Part shown: piece by piece, positions 28,528-37,592 of the stretch
How positions within the stretch are numbered: position 1 is the first letter of the stretch
Layout of the letters: the number at the start of each line of letters is the position of its first letter
From: Candidatus Micrarchaeota archaeon
GTDB taxonomy: Archaea > Micrarchaeota > Micrarchaeia > Norongarragalinales > Norongarragalinaceae
NCBI GenBank assembly: GCA_964580705.1
Contig: CAZOKY010000001.1
Span: 1,224-65,223, forward strand
DNA: 64,000 bases
Direction of reading: 5' to 3'
The notes under the pieces: model-generated
The model's input: the letters and a program-made list of their open reading frames with translations, nothing else
Databases searched by the model: none
Told to the model about the DNA's origin: nothing
Program-made: the position numbers and the translations under genes

Positions 28528-28600
28528 AAAGCAACACCAAAAACAAAATCAAAACAAATCCCGAAAAATCCAAAACAAAATCAAACCAAAACCAAAAACG

Positions 28601-29374
28601 TCAAAACCCAAAGACGTTCACTACGTTTTCCCGCACTCGCGCCGCGACTTCATCGAAAGGCGTTTCTTTGATTCTTGAAATTTCCTCGTAAACCCAGCGC
28701 GCCTCGCTCGGCTCGTTCCTCGCGCCTCTCCCGCGCAACGCTAGAAACGGGGAGTCCGTCTCGCAAAGCAAGCGCTCAATCGGCGCTTTCTTAATTATTT
28801 CGCTGGAGCTTTTAAGCGTTGGGAGCGACAGGAAGCAGCCCGCGCCCAACGCCTCATTCACGAGCGCTTGTTCGCCGAAGCAGTGCCACACTTTCGTCCC
28901 GCGAAACGCCTTCAACACGGCAATCGTTTCCGCCGCTGCCTCGCGCGAGTGCACGACGACGGGAAGCGAAGCGTCACGCGCCCAATTCAACTGCGCAGCG
29001 AAGGCGGCGCGCTGCGCGTCGCGCTCTTCCGCCCGCTTGAAGTAGTGGAATTCCAAGCCTATTTCGCCTACGCCCACGATTTTTTCCTTGTTGCGCTCGA
29101 GGAAAGATAACGCGGAACGCAAACCTTGTTCTCCTTCGCGATAAGCGTCGTGCGGGCTCAAACCGAGAACGGTTTTCAGGAACGGCGCGTGCTTTTCCAG
29201 CAACGCCAGAATTTGTTCGTTCGCGTTCGGACTGCTGCCAGCGTTTACCGCGTGCTCGAAACCCGCCGCACGGGCGCGCTCGACGACTCCAGACAAGTCT
29301 TTCCCAAAGCGCGGGTGCTCGAGATGGCAGTGCGCGTCGATTAAACGAAGTTTCTCTTCCATTATTTCAGTCAC
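28601..29374 (-). CDS. tatD: TatD-family metal-dependent hydrolase/DNase
   Basis: DAHCHL, GEIGLEFHY, VVVHSREA and CETDSP motifs. Confidence 0.85.
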   Translation of the reverse strand: MTEIMEEKLRLIDAHCHLEHPRFGKDLSGVVERARAAGFEHAVNAGSSPNANEQILALLEKHAPFLKTVLGLSPHDAYREGEQGLRSALSFLERNKEKIVGVGEIGLEFHYFKRAEERDAQRAAFAAQLNWARDASLPVVVHSREAAAETIAVLKAFRGTKVWHCFGEQALVNEALGAGCFLSLPTLKSSSEIIKKAPIERLLCETDSPFLALRGRGARNEPSEARWVYEEISRIKETPFDEVAARVRENVVNVFGF

Positions 29375-29478
29375 TAAACGCTTTACTTCGCGTTATTCCT
29401 GTGTTGCGAACGTTTTTAATAGCGTTCAGGCATAAAAAAGTGAGTTTCTTTCCGTTATCCTAGAGGTGTTTCGCTGAA

Positions 29479-29880
29479 ATGGTAGACAGGAGTTTCGGGC
29501 AAATGAACGACTTGAGAGTCGGAAAATACGTGATTGCGGACGAGCACCCGTGCCGCGTAATGAGCATAGACCACGCGAAAACCGGCAAGCACGGCGCCGG
29601 AAAAAACATGGTCGTCTGCATCTCGATAATCGACGGTTCGAAGCATTCAATCATGAAGCCGAGCGACGCCGACGTCGAAATCCCCATCGTCGAACGCAAG
29701 CGCGCGCAAGTCGTAACGATTTCAGGCGAAAACGCGCAATTAATGGATTTGACGTCTTACGAAACGTTCGACACGATTATTCCAGAGGAAATGCGGCAGG
29801 AAATCGAAGTCGGAAAGGAAATCCAGTACATGGAAGTCATGGGACGCAAACTGCTCATGCGCATGTACGAAGGCGAGTAA
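29479..29880 (+). CDS. eif5a: translation initiation factor 5A (aIF-5A)
   Basis: Hypusine-loop motif (AKTGKHGAGK) and an N-terminus conserved with aIF5A. Confidence 0.85.
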   Translation: MVDRSFGQMNDLRVGKYVIADEHPCRVMSIDHAKTGKHGAGKNMVVCISIIDGSKHSIMKPSDADVEIPIVERKRAQVVTISGENAQLMDLTSYETFDTIIPEEMRQEIEVGKEIQYMEVMGRKLLMRMYEGE

Positions 29881-29927
29881 GAAAAAGAAAACGCGCCGAC
29901 TTCCCCCCAAAAAAAACCGTTAAACCG

Positions 29928-30179
29928 TCAAAAATCCATTGCCTTCAGCAAGACGCCGAGAACTAGGAACAACAGCACCGCGCTGATTATCAAGTTCAAG
30001 TAAGCAACTGCCTTGATTTCGAAAACTTTGTCTTCCACGATTTTGTCCGTCTTTTCTTCCCAGTCCTTGAATTTCCGGAAATCCGCCTTGAAGCCGTCGA
30101 GTTTCGAATCAATCACTTCAAACGCGTCTGAAACGTCGCTTTTCATTAGCATAACCCCCCGTGCTTCCAGTAAAACCAA
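29928..30179 (-). CDS. small hypothetical protein with a C-terminal TM helix
   Basis: 83-aa ORF with a hydrophobic C-terminus (LNLIISAVLLFLVLGVLL). Confidence 0.35.
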   Translation of the reverse strand: MVLLEARGVMLMKSDVSDAFEVIDSKLDGFKADFRKFKDWEEKTDKIVEDKVFEIKAVAYLNLIISAVLLFLVLGVLLKAMDF

Positions 30180-30285
30180 TTGTTTTTAATCCGTTCGAAC
30201 GAAGTAATAACCCGCAAAGCGTTAAAAAACGCTTGCCTCTCATTAACTAACGACGACAAGCATCGACAAGTGGGTTGGGATTAAA

Positions 30286-32343
30286 TTGCCTGGAGAACTA
30301 GTCAGCGCATTCCAAGACTTTTTCAGCGAAAGCAAGCGCAAACAATCGTTGCTCGACGCGGCAGCCGCGTTCCCGAACGAGCGCTCACTCGCCATCGAAT
30401 TCGCGGAACTCGAACGCTTCGACCCCCGCGTGGCCGACGCCTTGCTCGAGCACCCCGACGACGTCGTGAAAGACGCGGAAACAGCAGTCTCGGATTTCGT
30501 TCTGCCTACGCCGAGCGGCAAAAAATTCGCTCCGCACGTACGCTTCCACTCGCTGCCGGACTCGAGCGAAGTCGAACCACGCGAACTCGGGGCAGCGAAC
30601 CTCAACCGCTTGTTCAAAATCGAAGGAGTCGTCTCGTACATCATGGAAATCAAGCCCATGATCAAAACCGCGTTGTGGGAATGCCTGCACTGCGGCGCGA
30701 CCACGAAAACGCTTACTCAAAAAAACTCCGTTTCGGAGCCAGGAAGCTGCAGGTGCGGACACGGAGGAAAAGAAAACTTCAAATTGCTGGAGCAGTCAAG
30801 CGATTTCATCAACATCCAGAAAGCCGGAATACAGGAAGCAGTCGAAAAAATCAGGGGCAGCACGCCGGCGTCGCGCATCGAGTTATGGATGGAAGACGAC
30901 CTCGTAAACAAAATCGCTCCGGGCGACAAAGTGTGGATTACCGGCGTCATGCGCTTGAAGCAACAAAAACCCGGCAAAGGGCAGTCCAGCGTTTACGAAA
31001 AGTTCGTCGACGTCACACACATCCAAAAAGTCGAGCGCGAGTTCGAGGAAATCAAGTACTCGAAAGAAGAAGAAAAAAAGATTCAAGAACTCGCGGCGGA
31101 CCCGCACATTTACGAAAAAATCCAGAAAAGCATCGCGCCCAGCATGTGGGGTTACGAAGAAATGAAGCAAGCCGTCGCGCTGCAACTCTTCGGCGGAAAC
31201 TCGCACAAAGAAATGCCTGACGGCAAAAAAGTCAGGAGCGACATTCACGTTCTTTTAATCGGCGACCCGGGCACCGGAAAATCAATGCTCCTCGAAAGCG
31301 TTCACCGCATCGCCCCGAAAAACGTTTACGTAAGCGGCGGCGGGGCAAGCGGCGTAGGAATGACTGCGAGCGCCGAACGCAACACCGACGGAGAATGGTT
31401 GTTGAAGGCGGGTGCAATGGTTCTCGCCAACGGTGGAATAGCGATAATCGACGAATTCGACAAGATGGATGAAAAAGACCGCGGCTTAATGCACGAGGCG
31501 ATGGAACAGCAGTTCGTAAGCATCGCGAAAGCAGGAATGATAACCCAGTTCAAGAGCGCGTCAAGCGTGCTCGCGGCCGCGAACCCTAAAATGGGCCGCT
31601 TTGATTCAATGAAACCGCCGGGAGAACAATTCGCGATGGGACCCGCTTTAATGTCGCGTTTTGACCTCATATTCGCCATCAGGGATTTTCCCGACGAAAC
31701 GCGCGACCGCGGGCTCGTGGAACACGTTCTAATGAGCCACAAGCTCGCAAGCGAAAACAAGGCGCCCGACAAAGGTTCTCCGATTAATCCCGAAATCGAT
31801 GCGGAACTACTGCAGAAATACATCGCGTACGCGAGGCAAAACGTTTTCCCGATTTTGACGGACGCGGCAATAAAAAAAATCGAGGAGTATTACATTCAGC
31901 TCCGTAAGCTGGGCGAAAAGCAAGGCAACGTTCCCGTCACGCCTCGCCAACTCGAGGGACTCGTGCGCTTGAGCGAAGCGAGCGCGAAAATACGCTTGAG
32001 CGACAAAGTCGAGGCAAGCGACGCCGAACGCGCAGTCAACATCGTAAACTTCGTGTTGGAAGAAATATTCGTCGACAAGGAAACGGGGCGCATCGATAGC
32101 GACGTCATCAACATCGGCCAGTCGAAAAGCAGAATCGACAAAATGCGTTCACTCCTCGGAATAATCAGCGAGCTCGAGAAGAAGACGGACCTCGTGGCAA
32201 TCGAAGACGTTTTCCGCGACGCGGCGCAGTACGGAATGGATGAAGTTTACGTGCGCCAACTAATTGAAACCCTCGAGCGTCAAGGCGACTTGTACCGCCC
32301 CAAAGCAGGGCACGTGAAGAGCGCGCGCAAGCGCGACTGGTAA
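30286..32343 (+). CDS. mcm: MCM replicative helicase
   Basis: Walker A (GDPGTGKS), Walker B (IDEFDKM), arginine finger region and a zinc-finger N-domain (CLHCG ... CRCG). 685 aa; TTG start. Confidence 0.9.
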   Translation: MPGELVSAFQDFFSESKRKQSLLDAAAAFPNERSLAIEFAELERFDPRVADALLEHPDDVVKDAETAVSDFVLPTPSGKKFAPHVRFHSLPDSSEVEPRELGAANLNRLFKIEGVVSYIMEIKPMIKTALWECLHCGATTKTLTQKNSVSEPGSCRCGHGGKENFKLLEQSSDFINIQKAGIQEAVEKIRGSTPASRIELWMEDDLVNKIAPGDKVWITGVMRLKQQKPGKGQSSVYEKFVDVTHIQKVEREFEEIKYSKEEEKKIQELAADPHIYEKIQKSIAPSMWGYEEMKQAVALQLFGGNSHKEMPDGKKVRSDIHVLLIGDPGTGKSMLLESVHRIAPKNVYVSGGGASGVGMTASAERNTDGEWLLKAGAMVLANGGIAIIDEFDKMDEKDRGLMHEAMEQQFVSIAKAGMITQFKSASSVLAAANPKMGRFDSMKPPGEQFAMGPALMSRFDLIFAIRDFPDETRDRGLVEHVLMSHKLASENKAPDKGSPINPEIDAELLQKYIAYARQNVFPILTDAAIKKIEEYYIQLRKLGEKQGNVPVTPRQLEGLVRLSEASAKIRLSDKVEASDAERAVNIVNFVLEEIFVDKETGRIDSDVINIGQSKSRIDKMRSLLGIISELEKKTDLVAIEDVFRDAAQYGMDEVYVRQLIETLERQGDLYRPKAGHVKSARKRDW

Positions 32344-32398
32344 AACGCAAGGCCGCCGCACCCCGCTGCACCCGCCGCACGCTCGCAACCCGCGCCTC

Positions 32399-32746
32399 CT
32401 AAAACCAGCGGATGGCTTCCAGCAACGGACGCGCCCAACCGATTAACGAAAACAAGACGTACAACAGCAGCGCTGCTCCGAACGCCAGAATGAGCGCGGG
32501 CAGAACGATGAACAACACGAGGAGCGTTCCGAGTAGGAACCAGAAAAAGAAAAAGAAGACGGCGAGGGAAAAAACGAAGAATTTCAAGCCAAGAGCGTAA
32601 CCGGCGTGCGCCGCGCGCGAAACGCGTTCGGTGCGTTCAGCGCTTTCGCTGCGAACGTGGACGAGCCTAGCGTAGTCGTGCGAGCGCTTCGCTGGCTTTA
32701 AGCCGCGCTTCCGCGCGCCTCGCGAACTCGTTCGCTCAGCCAACAA
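32399..32746 (-). CDS. hypothetical membrane protein
   Basis: Two long hydrophobic segments. The start is probably downstream of the track start. Confidence 0.35.
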   Translation of the reverse strand: MLAERTSSRGARKRGLKPAKRSHDYARLVHVRSESAERTERVSRAAHAGYALGLKFFVFSLAVFFFFFWFLLGTLLVLFIVLPALILAFGAALLLYVLFSLIGWARPLLEAIRWF

Positions 32747-32763
32747 AAGCGCTCACCTCGAAT

Positions 32764-33066
32764 TCAACCGAACAAAGCCGCGAGTCCTTCCGCTGCTTCG
32801 GCTTCCTTCTCGGCTTCGCTCTTCTCGTCCTTCTTTTCTTCCTTCTTAGCTTCCGCGCCTGCAGGCGCTGCGCCTGCCGCTACGGGGGCTACTGCCGCTT
32901 GCTTCACTGCTTCCGCAATGTCGACTCCTTCGAGCGCTGCGACTACTGCTTTCAGCTTCGTCGCGTCTTCCGTTGCGCCCGCGGCGGTCAACACTTTGCC
33001 GAGGCTTTCTTCCGTGACTTTCTGCCCTGCAGAGTGCAGGAGCAAAACGGCGTATACGTCTTTCAT
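32764..33066 (-). CDS. rpl12: ribosomal stalk protein L12 (aP1)
   Basis: MKDVYAVLLLH ... C-terminal EEAEAAEGLAALFG. ATG 33066. Confidence 0.9.
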   Translation of the reverse strand: MKDVYAVLLLHSAGQKVTEESLGKVLTAAGATEDATKLKAVVAALEGVDIAEAVKQAAVAPVAAGAAPAGAEAKKEEKKDEKSEAEKEAEAAEGLAALFG

Positions 33067-33114
33067 TTTTTCATTCACCTAACATGATTTTATTCGAACA
33101 AACAACGAACATGA

Positions 33115-34014
33115 TTACTGAGTCGGAGCTGCGGGAGCTGCAGGAACTGCAGGAGTCGCCGGAGCAGCCGGAGCCGCTTCAGGCGCGGGCGTCGCCGCCG
33201 CTTCCTCCTTCTTTTCTTCCGTTTTTTCTTCCTTCTTTTCACCAGCAGGAACTTTGGACTTCACCAATTTGTCAATCGCGTTCGCCTCACGCGCCGCCTT
33301 CGCTATGATGAGCGGCGTGCTTTCAGCGTTGTAAATCTCCGCGAAAACGCAGAGATTCAAAGCATGTTGAACCGCCTGCGTCAAGCTCGCCTTGAACGCT
33401 TCGTCGTCAATGTCAAGCACGGCGCCTTCGTAAAGCGTTCCGTGATCCCAAACCGCGCGCACTTGCATCATTAACTCCATGGGTTCGATTCCCAGCTTCG
33501 CGAGAATTCCCGCGACGGGCGCGCTAATGGGTTCGCCTTTCTTCGCGACGACAGTATCACGCGTAATCACGATTTTCGGTCCCTGGATTTTCGCGTCAAT
33601 CTTCGCCTGCTTGAGTTCCGTCAGCACGGGTCCGGGAGGAAGACTCGTTTCCCCGGCGGGAACGATTAAATCGCAAGGCGCGAGTTGCCCTGCTTTCGCG
33701 ATAGTCTTCGACTTTGCCTGCTTGAACAACTTGTATAAGCGGAAAGCATCGAGCTCCGTCGTGAGCAGCACGGCACCGTTGCACCAATACTTTTCGAGTT
33801 CCTTCGCTTCCGGCTTCGCGGATTCGAGCGCGCGAGCCATCAACGTTTGCCTGGCAAAAAAGAATTTGACTTTGTCGCTCGTCTTCTTCTTGATTGCGCC
33901 GTACTGCTTGCCTGGCAAGGAAGCGTTGCTTGCTATGGCGATTACTTGCGCGCCCGCTAGTTCTTTCACCATGTGCTTGACGAGCACTTGCTTTTCTTTC
34001 TTGGATAAAACCAT
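33115..34014 (-). CDS. rpl10: ribosomal stalk protein L10 (aP0)
   Basis: P0 core. The C-terminus is an Ala/Pro-rich tail ending AAPTQ, lacking the GLxALFG tail it normally shares with P1. Confidence 0.85.
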   Translation of the reverse strand: MVLSKKEKQVLVKHMVKELAGAQVIAIASNASLPGKQYGAIKKKTSDKVKFFFARQTLMARALESAKPEAKELEKYWCNGAVLLTTELDAFRLYKLFKQAKSKTIAKAGQLAPCDLIVPAGETSLPPGPVLTELKQAKIDAKIQGPKIVITRDTVVAKKGEPISAPVAGILAKLGIEPMELMMQVRAVWDHGTLYEGAVLDIDDEAFKASLTQAVQHALNLCVFAEIYNAESTPLIIAKAAREANAIDKLVKSKVPAGEKKEEKTEEKKEEAAATPAPEAAPAAPATPAVPAAPAAPTQ

Positions 34015-34017
34015 GGA

Positions 34018-34755
34018 TTAAGCACTCTGAGGATTCTGAGGATTTTGTGAATTCTGTGAATTCTGAGAAACGTCATTCGCTTGAACTGCATGCCCTTTAG
34101 TCTTCGCGATTTTCGCGCCGATCTTGGCGGGTTTGCCCATCGTCGTCTTCACGTAAATGCTCTTGATTTTGGATTCAACTACTTTCTTCAATATCGCTTC
34201 AACTACGGCGAAAGCGTTTTCCGTGATTTGCTCGACGGGCATTGATTCGTTGCCGACGGGGCAGTGAACGCAAGGCAAGTATTTTCCTTTGCTTTTAATG
34301 GAAATCGTGCGCCTCGAACGCTCGAACAAGTCTTTGAGGTTCGTTCCCGGGGGAATGGGGCGTGCGTTGCGGTTGTGCGCCGCGAGGAATTGTCCAAGCG
34401 CTTTTCCGACTTGCGCCATGAGCTTCGGCTCGCTTAAAACGAAGTAGTCGACGAGTTTCGCTTGCTTCGGCTTGTCGGACGCGTAAGAAGCGATTTCACT
34501 GCTTGGAATGACTAAATCCGCGCCTGCTTTCTGCATTTCGCTTGCGACGACTCCGTCGGCGAACACGGCAATCTTGACTTGCTTCGGCGGATAAGGAAGG
34601 ACGACGTCGAAGTTCGGGCGGTTCTCGGGTTTCTTTAAGTCCAAGTCGCGGAAATTGAATGCGAGGTCGACGCTTTGAGTGAACTTGCGTTTGCCTTTGC
34701 CGTCGGCGAGCGCTAAGGCTACTGCTTCTCCAACCGCTTTCTTGTCGAGAACCAT
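34018..34755 (-). CDS. rpl1: ribosomal protein L1 with a C-terminal NSQNSQNPQNPQ repeat tail
   Basis: L1 core; the repeat tail is encoded by gaattctgtgaattctg DNA repeats. Confidence 0.9.
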   Translation of the reverse strand: MVLDKKAVGEAVALALADGKGKRKFTQSVDLAFNFRDLDLKKPENRPNFDVVLPYPPKQVKIAVFADGVVASEMQKAGADLVIPSSEIASYASDKPKQAKLVDYFVLSEPKLMAQVGKALGQFLAAHNRNARPIPPGTNLKDLFERSRRTISIKSKGKYLPCVHCPVGNESMPVEQITENAFAVVEAILKKVVESKIKSIYVKTTMGKPAKIGAKIAKTKGHAVQANDVSQNSQNSQNPQNPQSA

Positions 34756-34945
34756 TTTTTCAAAACCTTAAAGCCAAAAGCCTTATTTCTAAAGAACAAG
34801 TTTTTCCGAAGCGCTCTTTTGACGAAAGGACTCTTTTGCAGAGTCAATCCCTCCTGCGCGAAAACCGCGAAGTGGTTTAGTGCAGTTCGAGCGGGAAAAA
34901 CAGTTAAACGACGAACACTAATTTTGCGAAAGGTGGTTTTTAAAC

Positions 34946-35983
34946 CTATTGAAAGCGAGTCAACGTATCCTGTTTTCCAAGCAATATGTTAAAAGCATTT
35001 TCGGCTTCTCGCGCAGTATTTCGCTCAATATTTTCTTTGATGTGATGAATAACCCCGGAAAATTTAGCATCCGGTTTGGTAACTATAATCAGATCGTAGT
35101 GAAAAGGAATTCCCGTTCTAACTGCAATTGTTTCAACAGTTTTTCCAGTTTCTCGTATTTTTTCGACATAATAATCGAGAGGCGTTTTCGTTCCAAAATC
35201 GGAAGAACCCAAAAATCGTTTGAGGGCGCCTAGGTTATGTGGATTTCGGGTAACGTTGGAGGTTGGAAAGTTTATTATCAAATCACAGTATCGGTGTTCT
35301 AAAAGTTTGTTTATTGTCGCCCAATCGGCGTCTAACCCCTGGTTATCAATAAAGACAAGAGCGTGATGTTTTCCTGATTGAGTAAGTTCGGCAAGTATGC
35401 CGTCAACGGCTAAATTACAATCGCCATGAATTAGCTTAAATTGACTTTTACTGAGACCGGCGTTAGTCAGTATGTCTAAACGGCCGCGCAAAGCATCTAA
35501 GTTAGTTTTGTTTTCGTCTACAAAAAACATTTTCTTAAAAGGCGGGATAGCGGTGGCAGCTATGAGCGGAGAGCCGACAATATAATGTTTTTTAGAACAT
35601 TTCGAGCATTTTTCAGGTTGTGGCTCGCAATCTCGATATTTACACACAAGATCAATGCCTGAATTCGAAAGTAAGTCAATGAAATAAAAATTATCACCTA
35701 TGTTTCGACTTATTATTGGAACATAGCAGCTATGGGCGTATGCGGCGAGGCAATAAAGTTTGAGCGGCGCCCAAAAGTTCGCTAGAAAAAAACTACTGGG
35801 GTCAACTTCGACTAAGGCAGGCATGACCGACGAGTATTTTTTAAGTATTGGATCAAGACGGTCGGTAAAAGATTTTTTTGGTTTATCTCGCATACATCGG
35901 CGCCAGTAATTTTTTATCAGATTTCGTGTTCTGCGTCCTAAACATTTTCTCGGTTCGAGGGTTATATTCTTTTCTCGTACCAA
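34946..35983 (-). CDS. hypothetical protein with a C-x6-C-x2-C cysteine cluster, in an AT-rich island (candidate partner of the adjacent radical-SAM-like enzyme)
   Basis: 345-aa ORF with markedly lower GC than its flanks. Cys cluster CEPQPEKCSKC. The true start is probably internal (M at 35893 or 35824), because the track start overlaps the upstream gene by 100 nt. Confidence 0.5.
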   Translation of the reverse strand: MVREKNITLEPRKCLGRRTRNLIKNYWRRCMRDKPKKSFTDRLDPILKKYSSVMPALVEVDPSSFFLANFWAPLKLYCLAAYAHSCYVPIISRNIGDNFYFIDLLSNSGIDLVCKYRDCEPQPEKCSKCSKKHYIVGSPLIAATAIPPFKKMFFVDENKTNLDALRGRLDILTNAGLSKSQFKLIHGDCNLAVDGILAELTQSGKHHALVFIDNQGLDADWATINKLLEHRYCDLIINFPTSNVTRNPHNLGALKRFLGSSDFGTKTPLDYYVEKIRETGKTVETIAVRTGIPFHYDLIIVTKPDAKFSGVIHHIKENIERNTAREAENAFNILLGKQDTLTRFQ

Positions 35984-36749
35984 ATTTTATGTGACATGAT
36001 ATTCCGTTTTCCTTACAAAAGTCAAGCACTTCGTTAGCATGAGACTCGTAAAAGAATTCATTGTCCTTGAAGGAACTGCTTTTCGTGTTGTAATTCAGCT
36101 TGCCGAAAATAATTTTGTCGACGAAAGAAACGCTTTCCAAAATATCGTTCAAATCCTGTTCTACGAGGTTCGGCGTCGGGTAAGGCTCCATGCTAACCCA
36201 AGTCCGCAAACCCTCGTCATGCAAACGCTTCAAGGCTTTTACTCGCTGGTTGTAAGGCGCGCTGAACGGCTCAAACTCCTTCTTGAAACTAGCATCGTTC
36301 GAAACCAGCGTGATTCCGTACTCGTTGTCGAAACCGTATTTCTCCGCGTCAGCCAGCATTGCCGGGTATAGCCCTTTCGTTAAGACAGTGCTTCTGATTC
36401 CGTACGAATTCAGTTTTTCGATGATTTTAGACGACATTTTCGCTACTTCAGGGTAGCCGTACATGAACGGGTCGGTCGTAAAACACAAGTGAACGAAATT
36501 GATTTTATCGGCGTGCTTGGGAATCTCTTCATCCAATAATTCGAGCGCGTTTTCAACTAGTTTCGGCTTGCACCAGTCAGAGTAAGACTTTACTTTGCCG
36601 AAGCGAATCGCCATCATCATGGCGTAGCAAGGAAAACGGCAGCCGTGAGCGCAGCCTTCAACGTGGTTAATGCAGTAGTCCGCGTATTCTACCTTGCTTC
36701 GGTACAATAGCGACTTTTTTCTGATAGTCTGCATTAACCAACCACCCAA
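35883..36749 (-). CDS. radical-SAM superfamily protein of the SplB / DNA-repair-photolyase-like type (COG1533-like) with a variant Cx3Cx3C cluster motif
   Basis: INHVEGCAHGCRFPCYAMM resembles the SplB-family N..GC.HGC.YCYA motif but carries one extra residue between the second and third Cys. AT-rich coding sequence. Confidence 0.55.
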   Translation of the reverse strand: MGGWLMQTIRKKSLLYRSKVEYADYCINHVEGCAHGCRFPCYAMMMAIRFGKVKSYSDWCKPKLVENALELLDEEIPKHADKINFVHLCFTTDPFMYGYPEVAKMSSKIIEKLNSYGIRSTVLTKGLYPAMLADAEKYGFDNEYGITLVSNDASFKKEFEPFSAPYNQRVKALKRLHDEGLRTWVSMEPYPTPNLVEQDLNDILESVSFVDKIIFGKLNYNTKSSSFKDNEFFYESHANEVLDFCKENGISCHIKFGTRKEYNPRTEKMFRTQNTKSDKKLLAPMYAR

Positions 36750-36803
36750 AGAAGCTAAGGAATTGGCTTTTTAATACGTCTCGCAGCCTTGCTTCCAGTA
36801 AAC

Positions 36804-37421
36804 TCAAAGCACTTTCTTCAACCGCTCGTTAACCGCGTTCCAGTCAACCACGTTCCAGAACGCGTCTACGAAGCGCGGCCGCTCGTTCTTGTAATCCAGG
36901 TAGTACGCGTGCTCCCAAACGTCGATAACGAGGAGAGGCTTCAAACCCGGCGCGAAATTAACGTTGTGCTTCTCGACCTGCATGATGACGGGGCGTTGCG
37001 TCATCTTACCGTACGCGAGAACAGCCCAACCGCTGCCCTCGACGCTGACGGCAATCTTCGAAAACTCGGTTTTGAAGCGCTCGAAACTCCCGAATTCGTT
37101 CTTGATTGCATCGCCGATTGCGCTTCCCGCTTCCGGAACTCCTCCGCCGCCCTTGCCTGCGGGCGCCATATTCTCCCAGAACAACGAGTGCAAAACGTGC
37201 CCGCCGCTGTTGAAAGCCAGTTCCTTCGCAATCGCCTTAAAGTCAAGGTCGGCACCGCTTGAGCGAGCCGCGTCGAGCTTGTCGTAAATCGCGTTCGCGC
37301 CGTTGACGTAAGCCGCGTGATGCTTGCCGTGGTGAATCGCCAACTGTTGTTCGCTCAAGAACGGCGCGAGTTCTCCGTAACCGTACTTGAGTTTCGGCAA
37401 AACGTATTTCCCGCCAGGCAT
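36804..37421 (-). CDS. sod: Fe/Mn superoxide dismutase
   Basis: Conserved Fe/Mn-SOD N-terminal region (HHGKHH) and C-terminal DVWEHAYY. Confidence 0.9.
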   Translation of the reverse strand: MPGGKYVLPKLKYGYGELAPFLSEQQLAIHHGKHHAAYVNGANAIYDKLDAARSSGADLDFKAIAKELAFNSGGHVLHSLFWENMAPAGKGGGGVPEAGSAIGDAIKNEFGSFERFKTEFSKIAVSVEGSGWAVLAYGKMTQRPVIMQVEKHNVNFAPGLKPLLVIDVWEHAYYLDYKNERPRFVDAFWNVVDWNAVNERLKKVL

Positions 37422-37451
37422 TACTTCCCACCTCGAAAAAATCGTTTTATT

Positions 37452-37568
37452 TCACTTCTGCAGAACCATGTCTTGCCCGCAGCAAACGAGCGTTCCCCCG
37501 CCCGCTTCCACCACGCTCACGACGTTCCCGCAAACCTCGCAACGATAAACTTCATTAACCGCCGTCAT
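37452..37568 (-). CDS. dsr: desulforedoxin (Dx, 38 aa; rubredoxin-like Cys4 iron centre), not in ORF track
   Basis: My own translation: [38 protein letters not shown]. Near-identical in pattern to Desulfovibrio gigas desulforedoxin (C-x2-C ... CC). Confidence 0.75.
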   Translation of the reverse strand: MTAVNEVYRCEVCGNVVSVVEAGGGTLVCCGQDMVLQK

Positions 37569-37592
37569 TTCTCTCACCTTTTCTTTTCGCTT

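Noticed and set aside
34756-34945. Possible L11 or a small gene upstream of L1
   Set aside because: The 190-nt gap is too short and no ORF is present. It is more likely the L1 leader with an autoregulatory structure.
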